The notes under the pieces were generated by a model. It had not been told where the DNA came from. It searched no databases and saw only the letters and a program-made list of their open reading frames with translations. A DNA stretch of 64,000 bases from Alphaproteobacteria bacterium (lineage in GTDB: Bacteria > Pseudomonadota > Alphaproteobacteria > SP197). Location of the stretch: NCBI GenBank assembly GCA_965228895.1, contig OZ245842.1, forward strand, positions 1,632,001-1,696,000. The letters are read 5' to 3'. Shown piece after piece: positions 27,613-37,395 of the stretch (positions within the stretch are counted from its first letter, which is position 1; each line of letters begins with the position of its first letter). A program made the translations under genes and the position numbers.

Positions 27613-29715
27613 TCAGTCGCTGAGCACCACCAATGCATCGGCTGCCACGACCGATCCGTCCCGCTTGAGCATGACCGGGTTGACGTCAAGCTCGACAAGC
27701 CGGTCGGCATTGGCCCGGGCAAAGTCTTCGACGGCGCGAATAGCCGCGAAAAGTTCATCTCGCGTGACGCGTTCATCTGGCAGTAACAGTCGATCCAAAG
27801 CGATACTGATCTCGCGATCGCTGGCGGGAATCAGGACCAAGGTGTAATCGCGGATCTGTTCAACATCGACGCCGCCGCGCCCGATCACCAGCGCAAGGCC
27901 CAACTCGGGATGACATTTGACACCGATCAGAAGCTCGTCGGTGACGTCGTCGACCATTGTTTCGACCAACACGCTGTCGAGACAATGATCGGGTGCAGAC
28001 TTCTTGAGGTCGTAACGCATGCCTGCGATGGCGGCGTCGACGTCGTCGACTGTGCGCAGACCAAGCTTGACACCACCCAGCTTGCTCTTGTGCAGTAGGG
28101 TTGCGCTCAGCACCTTCAACGCGACCGGAAAGCCGATTTGGGCGGCAGCCGCGCCGGCTTCCTTGGTCGGGCCGGCCCAGCCATCGGGAACGGGGAGGCC
28201 GTGCGCGGCGAGCGCTTGTTTGCCCGCCCATTCGTCCATGGCATGCGGTGACCCGGAAACCGCGGTAGCTTGAAGCAGCGGGTCCGGCAGTTGCTTTATC
28301 TGGTCAAGCCGCGCGCCGTAGGCCGCCGCTTGTGCCATGGCATCGAGCGTCTCGGTAAATCCGCACAGCGGCGCCACATTGCCGGCGAGGAGTTTGTCGC
28401 GCAGATGCGGTTCCATGCCCTCGGGCAGCAGCGCTGACGCGATGACGGGAAACGCGACGCGTCGGCGCAAGTCGATCAACGCATCGATGGTCGGGTGCCA
28501 CGGCGTATCGCCGCCGGTTTCCCGGCGCGGGACGTCCAGCATGAAGGTCAGGGCGTCGGTCCTGTCTTGGCTAATGCCCTGAAGGCAGGTCGTCATGGAC
28601 TCCGCGTTGTCCATCGAGACTGCGGCGTCAGCGCGCCAAGGCAGATTGAAGTCCAGCGGGTTCGATAGGGTCACGACGTCGGGCAGCGTCGGTTTGATTA
28701 TGGCTTCGACGTCGGCAGGGATCGGCGGCAGTTCCAAGCCGCGATCACGCGCCTGTTCGGCAAGCAGCGTCGCGGCTGCACCGGAATTGGTGACGAAGAA
28801 GGCCCGACTTCCTGACGGTACGCCGGCGACAGCCAAGAGCTTTGTCGTTTCGACGAGTTGTTTGGGCGATGCCACGTCGATCAGTGCGCAGCGGTCGATC
28901 AAGGCGCGCCAAAAGTCGTTGGGCACGGCAAGGTTGCCCGTGTGGCTGAGCGAACGCTCGGCAGAAGCCGGCGTGCCGCCGCCGCGCAGAATCACCACGG
29001 GGACACGGCGCGCCAGTGCCTTGCCCAGCGCGTCAGCCAGGGTGGCGCCGTTCGTTAGACCCTCGACATAGAGACCGATCACGCGGACCCGTTCATCGTC
29101 CAGGGCAAAGTCGATGAGGTCCGCGCTGTCGATGACGGCCTGGTTGCCGACACTGATTCCGTAGCCCATGGGGTAGGCCTGCTCGACACTGATAATGCCG
29201 TAGAGAAACGCGCCACTCTGCGAGATCAGAGCGACGCCGGACCCGTCAACAGGCGGCAACGGGTTGTACTCGCCCCACAGCGCGGCGCCGTCGAAGGCAT
29301 TGAGCACGCCCATGCAATTGGGGCCGATAACCGCCATGTCGCCGGCTGCCTCAGCCAGCTTTTCCTGAGCCACGCTGAACGCACCACCCAGCTCGCCGAA
29401 GCCGGCGGCATGACAGACGGCGCCGCCGGCACCCATCTGGGCGAGTTGAGCCACCATGTCGATCGAGCCTTCCCGCGACAAGGCGATGAACGCGGCATCC
29501 GGCGCCTCGTCCAAATCATCGAGAGATGGGGTGCACGGGATGTCCGCCAGCTTTTCGTAACGCGGGTTGACGGCAATGATCTCGCCGGTGAAGCCGCTGT
29601 CCCGGCACATCGCGATACAACGCTCCAGGTGACGCCCACCGATGAAAGCAATCTGTCGTGGCTTCAGCATACGAGCGAGGTTTGCGCGTTGCCGCTTGCG
29701 GCGTTGATCGTTCAT
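27613..29715 (-). CDS. acetate--CoA ligase (ADP-forming) family acyl-CoA synthetase, fused alpha/beta
   Basis: GPNCMG, SQSG, SVGNQ, SHTG phospho-His, HKSKLGGV, ELDVNP ATP-grasp. Confidence 0.9.
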   Translation of the reverse strand: MNDQRRKRQRANLARMLKPRQIAFIGGRHLERCIAMCRDSGFTGEIIAVNPRYEKLADIPCTPSLDDLDEAPDAAFIALSREGSIDMVAQLAQMGAGGAVCHAAGFGELGGAFSVAQEKLAEAAGDMAVIGPNCMGVLNAFDGAALWGEYNPLPPVDGSGVALISQSGAFLYGIISVEQAYPMGYGISVGNQAVIDSADLIDFALDDERVRVIGLYVEGLTNGATLADALGKALARRVPVVILRGGGTPASAERSLSHTGNLAVPNDFWRALIDRCALIDVASPKQLVETTKLLAVAGVPSGSRAFFVTNSGAAATLLAEQARDRGLELPPIPADVEAIIKPTLPDVVTLSNPLDFNLPWRADAAVSMDNAESMTTCLQGISQDRTDALTFMLDVPRRETGGDTPWHPTIDALIDLRRRVAFPVIASALLPEGMEPHLRDKLLAGNVAPLCGFTETLDAMAQAAAYGARLDQIKQLPDPLLQATAVSGSPHAMDEWAGKQALAAHGLPVPDGWAGPTKEAGAAAAQIGFPVALKVLSATLLHKSKLGGVKLGLRTVDDVDAAIAGMRYDLKKSAPDHCLDSVLVETMVDDVTDELLIGVKCHPELGLALVIGRGGVDVEQIRDYTLVLIPASDREISIALDRLLLPDERVTRDELFAAIRAVEDFARANADRLVELDVNPVMLKRDGSVVAADALVVLSD

Positions 29716-29751
29716 GACCTGGCGTTCCGGGTGTGAGGGCGTGAATTGACG

Positions 29752-31194
29752 TCAGGCGGAAGACGATGACGGCTGAGCAGTCGACGTCGTGTCAGCGACA
29801 CCGGCGGCGACCAGCTTGCCGAGCCGCTTGGTCAAGGGTCCGACCCGACCGCCGTCCCGATCGGCGCGGTCGATCTTGCCGACGGCCCGGCGCACCAGCT
29901 TGGTGCCGATCCAGCGGATGGGTTCGACGGGAAATTCGGGATTGGGTGGCCGCACCAGGCCAAGCTGAGTCAGCTCGTCCGGTGTTTCCAGGACGAGGGA
30001 TGCCAGCACCTTGCCGGCCAGCCGACAGGGCCCGACGCCGTCGCCGGAGAAACCCGTCGCATGGACAATGTCGGGTGCGCCGGGCAGGGGGCCGAACACC
30101 GGCAAGCCGTCGCGTGACCGGTCGATCGGTCCCGACCAGGCATAGGCGGCCTCCAGACCCGGCATGATGAGGTCGAGCTCCAGACGACGCCGGTCACCGT
30201 CCAACAGGCGCGCCGTGTCCTCTTCGAACGAGGCGTCGACATGGCCGCCTAGCGCCAAAGCTTGGCCGGGTTTGCCGAACAGCACGCGCCCGCCCACGGT
30301 CGGCCTGAGCGAGTTAATCAGATTATAGGAATCGTTGACGCATGGGCCGTCGGCGAAACCCGTCTCTCTGAGGCGCTCGGGCTGCGGCGGCGTCATCGCG
30401 TTGGCATAGCCGGTCACCATGATGAAACGGCGCAGCTCCGGCAGGCGCGCGCTCCACGCGTTCATGGCGATCACCACCTTGTCCGCGGTAATCGATCCGC
30501 GGTCGGTATGGACCACTGGCGGTCGGCGCCGCGCAAGACCGGTCAGGCCTGTGTGTTCGTGGATGGTGACGCCGCGCTCAAGCGCGACCCGTCTCAGTCC
30601 GCGGACCAGCTTGGCCGGCTGCAGGTGTCCGGCGGTGCGGTCGAGCATGCCGGAGATCATGCCGGTCAGACCCCAACGGCTTGCAATCTCGGCGCCGCTG
30701 AGTTCCTCATAGGGTGTCACCTGGTGGCGGGCCAAGTCGTCGATCATGGCGGGCCAGTGACCGTCGTGCTGGGGCCGCGTCGCCGCGAGCAGCCAGCCTT
30801 GCCGGCGTATCTCGGCGTCGATCCCGTTGTCGTTGCAGAACTGGATCAGTTCCTCGATAGCCTGATCGACGGCGCGGCCGATCGCGATTGCTTCGTCACG
30901 GCCGAACCGGCGTTTCAACGTCGCGAACTTGGCCCAAAGGTTGAGCAGGTAGCCGGCGTTGCGGCCGCTGGCGCCCCAGCCGCAGATGTCCCGTTCGATC
31001 AGAACGACATCGAGCGACGGTTCGCGTGTTTTCAAGTCGATCGCGGTCCACAAGCCGGTATAGCCGCCGCCAACAATGATGACGTCAGCGCGGCGGTTGC
31101 CGTCCAGGGGCGGCGCGACATGACCGGGCGTTTCCAGCGCCAGCGCTTCGTCCAGCCAATAGTTGCGGTGAATGACTCGTTCTGGCGTTGCCAT
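29752..31194 (-). CDS. FAD-dependent amine oxidoreductase (DadA/PuuB-like)
   Basis: IVGGGYTGLW, GASGRNAG, QPAKLVRGL, AWSGPID, GFSGDGV; ATG at 31194. Confidence 0.88.
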   Translation of the reverse strand: MATPERVIHRNYWLDEALALETPGHVAPPLDGNRRADVIIVGGGYTGLWTAIDLKTREPSLDVVLIERDICGWGASGRNAGYLLNLWAKFATLKRRFGRDEAIAIGRAVDQAIEELIQFCNDNGIDAEIRRQGWLLAATRPQHDGHWPAMIDDLARHQVTPYEELSGAEIASRWGLTGMISGMLDRTAGHLQPAKLVRGLRRVALERGVTIHEHTGLTGLARRRPPVVHTDRGSITADKVVIAMNAWSARLPELRRFIMVTGYANAMTPPQPERLRETGFADGPCVNDSYNLINSLRPTVGGRVLFGKPGQALALGGHVDASFEEDTARLLDGDRRRLELDLIMPGLEAAYAWSGPIDRSRDGLPVFGPLPGAPDIVHATGFSGDGVGPCRLAGKVLASLVLETPDELTQLGLVRPPNPEFPVEPIRWIGTKLVRRAVGKIDRADRDGGRVGPLTKRLGKLVAAGVADTTSTAQPSSSSA

Positions 31195-31335
31195 GGCGAC
31201 CCGCGCGCGGACATAAGACCCATCGAGTCTAAACCCAAGTCGGCGATGGTCCACCACGGAAACGCTGCCGTTTCGGGTTTTCCAACCGGCCTCTTGGCGA
31301 TTAGGTTGAGCCCCAGTCTTCCTGGGGGTCCAGCC

Positions 31336-33420
31336 ATGAGCCGCGACGAACGCTACGACATCCTGTTTGAGCCCGTGACCATCGGGCCGGTCACGGCCAA
31401 GAACCGGTTCTTCCAAGTGCCGCACTGCACCGGCATGGGCTCGAACTGGCCGCTGTCTCACGCTGCGTTTCGTCGCCAGCGTGCCGAGGGCGGCTGGGCC
31501 GTCATATGCACCGAAGAAACCATGATCCATCCGACATCGGACGCCTATCCCGGTGCGTCCATGCGGTTGTGGGATGACGACGACATCAAGACCTTCGCCC
31601 TGGCCGCTGATGCCGTGCACGAGCACGGATCGCTGTTCGGGGTCGAGCTGGTGCATGGCGGCCTGTCACGGGCCAACCGCACCAGCCGCATGACACCGAT
31701 GGGCCCGTCCCATTCGGCCAACAAGTACCCGACCAGGCCGCAGGCGCGCGGCATGGACAAGACCGACATCAAGGAGTTCCGACGTTGGCACCGGGATGCG
31801 GCGATCCGGGCGAAAAAGGCCGGCACCGACGTTGTCTACATCTATGCCGCCCACAACATCGCGCTGCCCATGCACTTCCTGTTGCCACGCTATAACCGGC
31901 GCAGCGACGAGTACGGCGGCAAGCTGGAAAACCGTGTGCGTCTGCTGCGCGAAGTTCTGGAGGATACCCACGAGGCGGTCGGCGATACCTGCGCGGTCGC
32001 CTTGCGTTTCGCGGTCGACGAGTGCATGGGCGTCGGCGGAATGGAGTGGGACAAGGAAGGCCGCGAGGTCGTCGAGATGCTGGCGGAAGTGCCGGATCTT
32101 TGGGACGTCAACATCAGTGGCTGGGAGTACGATTCCAACACCAGTCGGTTTTCCGAAGAAGGTTATCAAGAACCCTTCATTGCCTTCGTCAAACAACTGA
32201 CGACAAAACCCGTGGTCGGAGTCGGTCGTTATACGTCGCCGGACGCCATGGTCGCGGTCGTCAAAAAGGGCGTGATGGATTTCATCGGCGCTGCGCGCCC
32301 GGCCATCGCCGATCCGTTTCTGCCCAAGAAGATCGAGGAAGGCCGGATTGACGACATCCGCGAGTGCATCGGCTGCAATGTCTGCGTCACCGGCAACAAC
32401 ACGTTCGCCCCCATGCGCTGCACGCAAAACCCGGTTGTCGGCGAGGAATGGCGGCGCGGTTGGCACGCCGAACAGATCGCCGCCAAAGGCTCCGACGACC
32501 AAGTTCTGATTGTCGGTGGCGGGCCATCAGGGCTTGAGGCGGCGCGCGCCTTGGGCCAGCGGGGGTACGCGGTGACCTTGGCTGAACGGGAAAAGGAACT
32601 GGGCGGACGCCTCAACTGGGAGACCAGCCTGCCGGGTCTGGCCGCATGGGCCAGGGTGCGTGACTGGCGGCTTGGTCAGATCGGCACCATGGCGAACGTC
32701 CAGGTCTATCTGGATAGCTTCTTGGACGATCAGGCGATACGCCAGTTCGGTGCGTCCCACGTCGTGCTGGCAACCGGCGCGATGTGGCGCCGTGACGGCG
32801 TTGGTCACAGCCATCATCATGCGCTGCCCGGCGCTGGGCGATCCGGCGTGTTTGGCCCGGAGGACGTGGCGGACGGCCAGGTCGTCAAAGGGCCGGTGGT
32901 CATCTATGACGACGACCAGATGTATCTGGGCGGCGTGTTGGCCGAAAAACTGGCCCGTGACGGGCTCGACGTCACGCTGGTGACGCCAGGCTCGGATGTC
33001 TCCGCGTTCACCATCCTGACGTTGGAGCAGCCGTTTGTGCAGCAGCGCCTGCGTGAGCTAAATGTCACAATTTTGCAGCAGACCGATCTCATCGCCATTG
33101 ACGACGGCGAGGCCGAACTTGCCTGCGTCTTCACCCAAACAACGCGCAAGGTGCCGGCGGCATCGGTGGTGCTTGTGACGTCGCGGGTGCCGAACGAGGG
33201 GATCTATCACAAACTGGCGCGCCGGCCTGATCTGTTGGACGCAGCCGGCATCAAATCGGTCGGTATCATCGGTGATTGTGTCGCCCCCGGCCTGATTGCG
33301 GCGGCGGTTCACGATGGCCATCTCTATGCCCGGGAACTCGATATGCCGACGCCGCCCAATCCTGATGTGCCGTTTCTCCGCGAGCACATGGACCTGAATG
33401 GGGAAAGGGAGACCGTGTGA
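31336..33420 (+). CDS. histamine/trimethylamine dehydrogenase family flavo-Fe-S protein
   Basis: NRFFQVPHC (Cys for covalent FMN), YAAH, ARPAIADP, CIGCNVC-X11-C 4Fe-4S motif, VGGGPSG ADP site; ATG at 31336. Confidence 0.9.
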   Translation: MSRDERYDILFEPVTIGPVTAKNRFFQVPHCTGMGSNWPLSHAAFRRQRAEGGWAVICTEETMIHPTSDAYPGASMRLWDDDDIKTFALAADAVHEHGSLFGVELVHGGLSRANRTSRMTPMGPSHSANKYPTRPQARGMDKTDIKEFRRWHRDAAIRAKKAGTDVVYIYAAHNIALPMHFLLPRYNRRSDEYGGKLENRVRLLREVLEDTHEAVGDTCAVALRFAVDECMGVGGMEWDKEGREVVEMLAEVPDLWDVNISGWEYDSNTSRFSEEGYQEPFIAFVKQLTTKPVVGVGRYTSPDAMVAVVKKGVMDFIGAARPAIADPFLPKKIEEGRIDDIRECIGCNVCVTGNNTFAPMRCTQNPVVGEEWRRGWHAEQIAAKGSDDQVLIVGGGPSGLEAARALGQRGYAVTLAEREKELGGRLNWETSLPGLAAWARVRDWRLGQIGTMANVQVYLDSFLDDQAIRQFGASHVVLATGAMWRRDGVGHSHHHALPGAGRSGVFGPEDVADGQVVKGPVVIYDDDQMYLGGVLAEKLARDGLDVTLVTPGSDVSAFTILTLEQPFVQQRLRELNVTILQQTDLIAIDDGEAELACVFTQTTRKVPAASVVLVTSRVPNEGIYHKLARRPDLLDAAGIKSVGIIGDCVAPGLIAAAVHDGHLYARELDMPTPPNPDVPFLREHMDLNGERETV

Positions 33421-33896
33421 TGGCCGAGGTCGCGTTGCCGTTGACTGGCGCCTGCCAATGCCGTTCCGTCACCTACCAGGTCGCGGCTGCGCCGTTAACG
33501 CTCTACTGCTGCCACTGCACGGAGTGCCAGCACCAGTCATCGTCGGCTTTTGGCATGTCTTGCCTGGTCAACCGGGTTGATCTGACGGTGGACTGGTCGC
33601 GGCTTCGTGTTTGGTCCCGTCCGACCGACAGCGGCAATCAGATGGATTGCCATTTTTGCTCTTCCTGCGGTGGGCGGCTGTTTCACACATCGAACGGCGA
33701 CGACACGATCGTGTCTATCAAAGCAGGATCGTTTGACGATCGATCCTGGCTGTCTCCAGTTGGGCACATCTGGACGGCGAGCGCGCAGCCGTGGTTCCCG
33801 ATCCCAGACGATCTGCTGAACGTCTCTCACGACCCCGACGATATGACGCCGTTCATGGAGCGGTGGCGTGCTGTTTCGGCTGGCTGGTTCGCTTGA
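33417..33896 (+). CDS. GFA/CENP-V family Zn protein, copy 1
   Basis: GACQC, CHCTECQ, FCSSCG, GHIWT. Confidence 0.9.
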   Translation: MMAEVALPLTGACQCRSVTYQVAAAPLTLYCCHCTECQHQSSSAFGMSCLVNRVDLTVDWSRLRVWSRPTDSGNQMDCHFCSSCGGRLFHTSNGDDTIVSIKAGSFDDRSWLSPVGHIWTASAQPWFPIPDDLLNVSHDPDDMTPFMERWRAVSAGWFA

Positions 33897-34423
33897 TGCC
33901 CGGAACCGGCGCTGCCGCTGTCGCGCTGCCGCTGGCCGGCGGCTGTCAGTGCGGCCATGTCCGTTATCAACTGGCCGCGCCGCCGCTGGTTCTCTACGCC
34001 TGTCACTGCACCGAATGCCAACGCCAGTCGGCTTCGGCTTTCGGGATGTCCATGGCGGTCAGCCGCGAAGCCCTAGCGGTCGAATGGTCACGTTGCGGCA
34101 CCTGGCAGCGCCGGGGAGCGAGCGGAAGAACCGTTGGCTGTCGATTTTGCAGCCTTTGTGGCACCCGGCTGTTTCATGAACCCTCCCGAAACCCAACAAT
34201 CGTCAACATCAAGCCAGGCTCGCTTGACGACCATTTCTGGCTGCAACCGGTGGGGCACTTGTGGACGAAGAGCAAGCAACCTTGGGTTACGATACCCGAA
34301 GGTGCCCTGGCCTATGACGGGCAACCCGATGATTTTGCAGACCTCTTCGCTGCGTGGCGTCGCGTGGCGGAAAATCTGTTCACAATGCCGTCGGATTCGT
34401 CAACAGGATCAAGCCTTTCGTGA
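33896..34423 (+). CDS. GFA/CENP-V family Zn protein, copy 2
   Basis: GGCQC, CHCTECQ, FCSLCG, GHLWT; TGATG overlap at 33894-33898. Confidence 0.9.
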   Translation: MPGTGAAAVALPLAGGCQCGHVRYQLAAPPLVLYACHCTECQRQSASAFGMSMAVSREALAVEWSRCGTWQRRGASGRTVGCRFCSLCGTRLFHEPSRNPTIVNIKPGSLDDHFWLQPVGHLWTKSKQPWVTIPEGALAYDGQPDDFADLFAAWRRVAENLFTMPSDSSTGSSLS

Positions 34424-34613
34424 CTCTTTTGTCGGTATCGCGTAATTGCTAACATTGAAGATACGGTCGGGCGGGCCAAATTAACGTTGTATGGGGATGG
34501 GGAATGGGGCGACTTTGCCCAGTCGCACGACAGGCGGCGGCTCGCAATGACACTGGTGTTTCAACCAGTAAGCGGTCGTTGGCCCCAATCGACAGCGCGG
34601 TGAGCGCCTGACG

Positions 34614-36431
34614 ATGGAACGCAGACTGTCTGCCATTCTGGCTGCCGATGTTGTCGGCTACAGCCGCTTGATGAGCCGTGACGAGGCCGGCACCCTGGTG
34701 TCCGTTCAGGCCCAGCTCAACAATGTCGTGCTGCCTCAGATCGAGCGTCACGAAGGCCGCCTGATCAACATCATGGGCGATGGCATTCTCGCGCATTTTC
34801 CCGATGCGGTCAGTGCCGCCGAGTGCGGCGTCACGATCCAAAGGGCCATCCAGGAACGCAATCTCAATACAAGTCCTTTGAACCCCATCGTGTTTCGCAT
34901 GGGCATCAATCTGGGCGATATCATCGTCTCGGCCGAGGGCGTCCATGGCCATCACATCAACATCGCGACGAGACTTGAGCAGGAAGCCCAGCCCGGCGCG
35001 ATCAATATCTCGCAGGCCGTTTATGACGCGGTAAAAGACAAAATCGATTTCGAGATCCGTGAGATCGGCGAACGCAACGTCAAGAACATCGATGTCCCGT
35101 TGATGATCTATGAGATCGATATCGGCGGTGTCGCTGAAATGGCCAAGCTGGCTGAGCAGATCTATGAAGACGAGGCCGCGAATGACCGCGCGCCGGCGCA
35201 AGCCGCCGAACACCAGCGGCCCAAGGTGATCGTTTTGCCGTTCCACAACCAGACGGGCGATCAATCCCAGGTCTATCTGTGCGACGGTATCACCGAGGAA
35301 GTGACGTCGGAGCTGTCGCGGTTCTGGTCGTTTGACGTGTTGGCTGCCAACTCGGCGTCGCTCTACAAGGAGTCATCGCCGCGCCCCGATTACCTGCTGC
35401 GCGAATTCGGCACGCAGTACGTTGTCGCCGGCAGCGTGCGTAAGCGGCCCAGTCACTTGCGCATTAACGCCCAACTGATCGATGCGCGCACTGGCACCAA
35501 TCTGTGGGTCGACCGCTTCGACTGTGACGTCGAGGATCCGTTCGCCGCTCAGGACAAGCTGGTCAAGCAGGTGGTGGCTCAGCTCGGCTTGCGGCTCGAC
35601 ACCGCCGAACGTGAGCTGCTGGCCAAGGAACGCAAGCCTGGCCCAAGCTTGAATGCCTATGAAGCCTATTTGAAAGGCGTGCAGTCGTTCACGTTCGAAA
35701 CGCGCGAAGGTATCGAGGAAAGTCGCGCCTGGTTCGAACGCGCGACCGAGCTCGATCCGAACTTTGCCCGGGCGTGGGGTTATCTGGCTTACACTGACGT
35801 TCGCGCGGTGTTGTGCGGGTGGCGCGATGTCGGTGCTTTTATCGATGCCGAAGCCAATGCGCGGCGCGCGGTAGAACTTGCGCCGAACGACTATCAAGTT
35901 CATTGGGATCTGGCGTTCGTACACCTTAACCGCGGCGAGTTCGAGCGCGCGCACAGCGAGTACGAACGGGCCTGCCAGCTTAATCGCAACGACCCCGACC
36001 TGTTGTGCGAGATGGCCGAGATGAAGATCTATTTCGGTCTTGCCGAGGACGCTATCGGGTTGATCACCAATGCGATGGAGCTCAATCCGTATTTTCCCGA
36101 CTGGTATCGCTGGAACCTCGGCTGGGCGTACTTCTGCGCCAAGCGCTATGAGGAGGCGCTGCTGGAATATGGCCGTATGTTCAAACCGCCCAACGATCTC
36201 CATCTGACCGTCGCGGCGGCTCTGGCGCATAGCGGCCGCGTCTCGGAGGCTGAGGCGACGGTCAGCTTGTTCAACAGCGCCCACGAACGGCCCTACACGA
36301 TAGAGGACGCCCGCCGGCGGGTCCGTTTCCGTAACGAACGCGACGAGGACCACTACCTCAAGGGCCTACGTTTGGCCGGCATGAGGGACGAACCGGCGAT
36401 TCTGCTGATGGAAGCAGGCAAGGCATCATAA
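34614..36431 (+). CDS. class III adenylate/guanylate cyclase - TolB-like N domain - TPR protein
   Basis: ADVVGYS, GDG, RMGINLGD, NIATRL; VLPF.N...DGITEE; TPRs. Confidence 0.9.
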   Translation: MERRLSAILAADVVGYSRLMSRDEAGTLVSVQAQLNNVVLPQIERHEGRLINIMGDGILAHFPDAVSAAECGVTIQRAIQERNLNTSPLNPIVFRMGINLGDIIVSAEGVHGHHINIATRLEQEAQPGAINISQAVYDAVKDKIDFEIREIGERNVKNIDVPLMIYEIDIGGVAEMAKLAEQIYEDEAANDRAPAQAAEHQRPKVIVLPFHNQTGDQSQVYLCDGITEEVTSELSRFWSFDVLAANSASLYKESSPRPDYLLREFGTQYVVAGSVRKRPSHLRINAQLIDARTGTNLWVDRFDCDVEDPFAAQDKLVKQVVAQLGLRLDTAERELLAKERKPGPSLNAYEAYLKGVQSFTFETREGIEESRAWFERATELDPNFARAWGYLAYTDVRAVLCGWRDVGAFIDAEANARRAVELAPNDYQVHWDLAFVHLNRGEFERAHSEYERACQLNRNDPDLLCEMAEMKIYFGLAEDAIGLITNAMELNPYFPDWYRWNLGWAYFCAKRYEEALLEYGRMFKPPNDLHLTVAAALAHSGRVSEAEATVSLFNSAHERPYTIEDARRRVRFRNERDEDHYLKGLRLAGMRDEPAILLMEAGKAS

Positions 36432-36461
36432 CGAGCTAGATCTATCTAGGAGGGGATCTCT

Positions 36462-37253
36462 ATGCGCGGCACCACAAACGAGAAGGCGTTTCGCGCCTAT
36501 CTGGAAGGCGAGCATCTATTCACGATTATCGACAAGCAACAGATGGCGAAGAGCCGGAAGAAGTTCGAAGAAGCCATCAAACTCGACGACGGTTTCGCCC
36601 GTGCGCACGGTTACCTCGCCTACACGATCACGCGCAGTGTCGCCAACGGCTGGTTGAGCGAGAAAAATTTGGAGCTCGCCGAGAGCCATGCTCGCAAGGC
36701 CGTCAAGTTGGATCCGTACGACTACGCGACCTACTGGGATCTCGGGTACTGCCTGCTAGGGCAGGGCAAGCTGAAGCCGGCCTTGACACAGTATGACAAG
36801 GCGATGGACCTCTACGAGAACTTCACCGACCAGTTGGACCGCAAGCACGGTTTGCTTGCTGAAGTCGCAGAAGCCTATGTCTTCGACGGCCGTCCCCAGG
36901 ACGCTATCAGGATGCTTGAGCGCGCCAAGCGCTTTCCCGACTGGTACCGCTGGAACCTCGGTTGGGCCTATTACAATGCCCGGGACTATGATGCAGCCAT
37001 CAGCGAGCTTGAGTGCATGCGCTGCAAGCCTGGTGACGAAGGCTATGTGATGGAGGTGCAGCTTCTGCTGGCCGCCTCCTATGCTCAGAAAGGCAACCCG
37101 ACGATGGCGAAGAATGCGATCGGCCTGTTCCGGTCCGCCAAGGGCCGCGGCCAAAGCATCAAATCGCTCGATGGGCGCGTGAAGTTCCGCAACAAGAAAG
37201 ACCGCGACCACTGGGTCGACGGCCTGCGCAAAGCCGGTTTGCCACAAGGCTGA
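36462..37253 (+). CDS. stand-alone TPR protein paralogous to the cyclase C-terminal half
   Basis: AYL.G, FARA.GYLAYT, WDL, FPDWYRWNLGWAY, GLR.AG shared with the upstream gene. Confidence 0.88.
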   Translation: MRGTTNEKAFRAYLEGEHLFTIIDKQQMAKSRKKFEEAIKLDDGFARAHGYLAYTITRSVANGWLSEKNLELAESHARKAVKLDPYDYATYWDLGYCLLGQGKLKPALTQYDKAMDLYENFTDQLDRKHGLLAEVAEAYVFDGRPQDAIRMLERAKRFPDWYRWNLGWAYYNARDYDAAISELECMRCKPGDEGYVMEVQLLLAASYAQKGNPTMAKNAIGLFRSAKGRGQSIKSLDGRVKFRNKKDRDHWVDGLRKAGLPQG

Positions 37254-37297
37254 ACGCAAGTTCCGTTGCCCGATTTAAGGCGACAACGTTAAACAGA

Positions 37298-37332
37298 AAA
37301 GCGGCCCAGGTCATACGGACCTGGGCCGCTTT
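37298..37332. terminator. bidirectional intrinsic terminator
   Basis: AAAGCGGCCCAGGTC-ATACG-GACCTGGGCCGCTTT between convergent genes. Confidence 0.85.
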
Positions 37333-37395
37333 GCGTCTCGCAGAGGTCAGGCCCGGACCTCTTGGTGACGGAGACTTACTCTGCGGGCACTGCCC

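Noticed and set aside
34467-34509. G-quadruplex (GGGG runs) upstream of the cyclase
   Set aside because: Only three close G4 runs; G runs are common at this GC content
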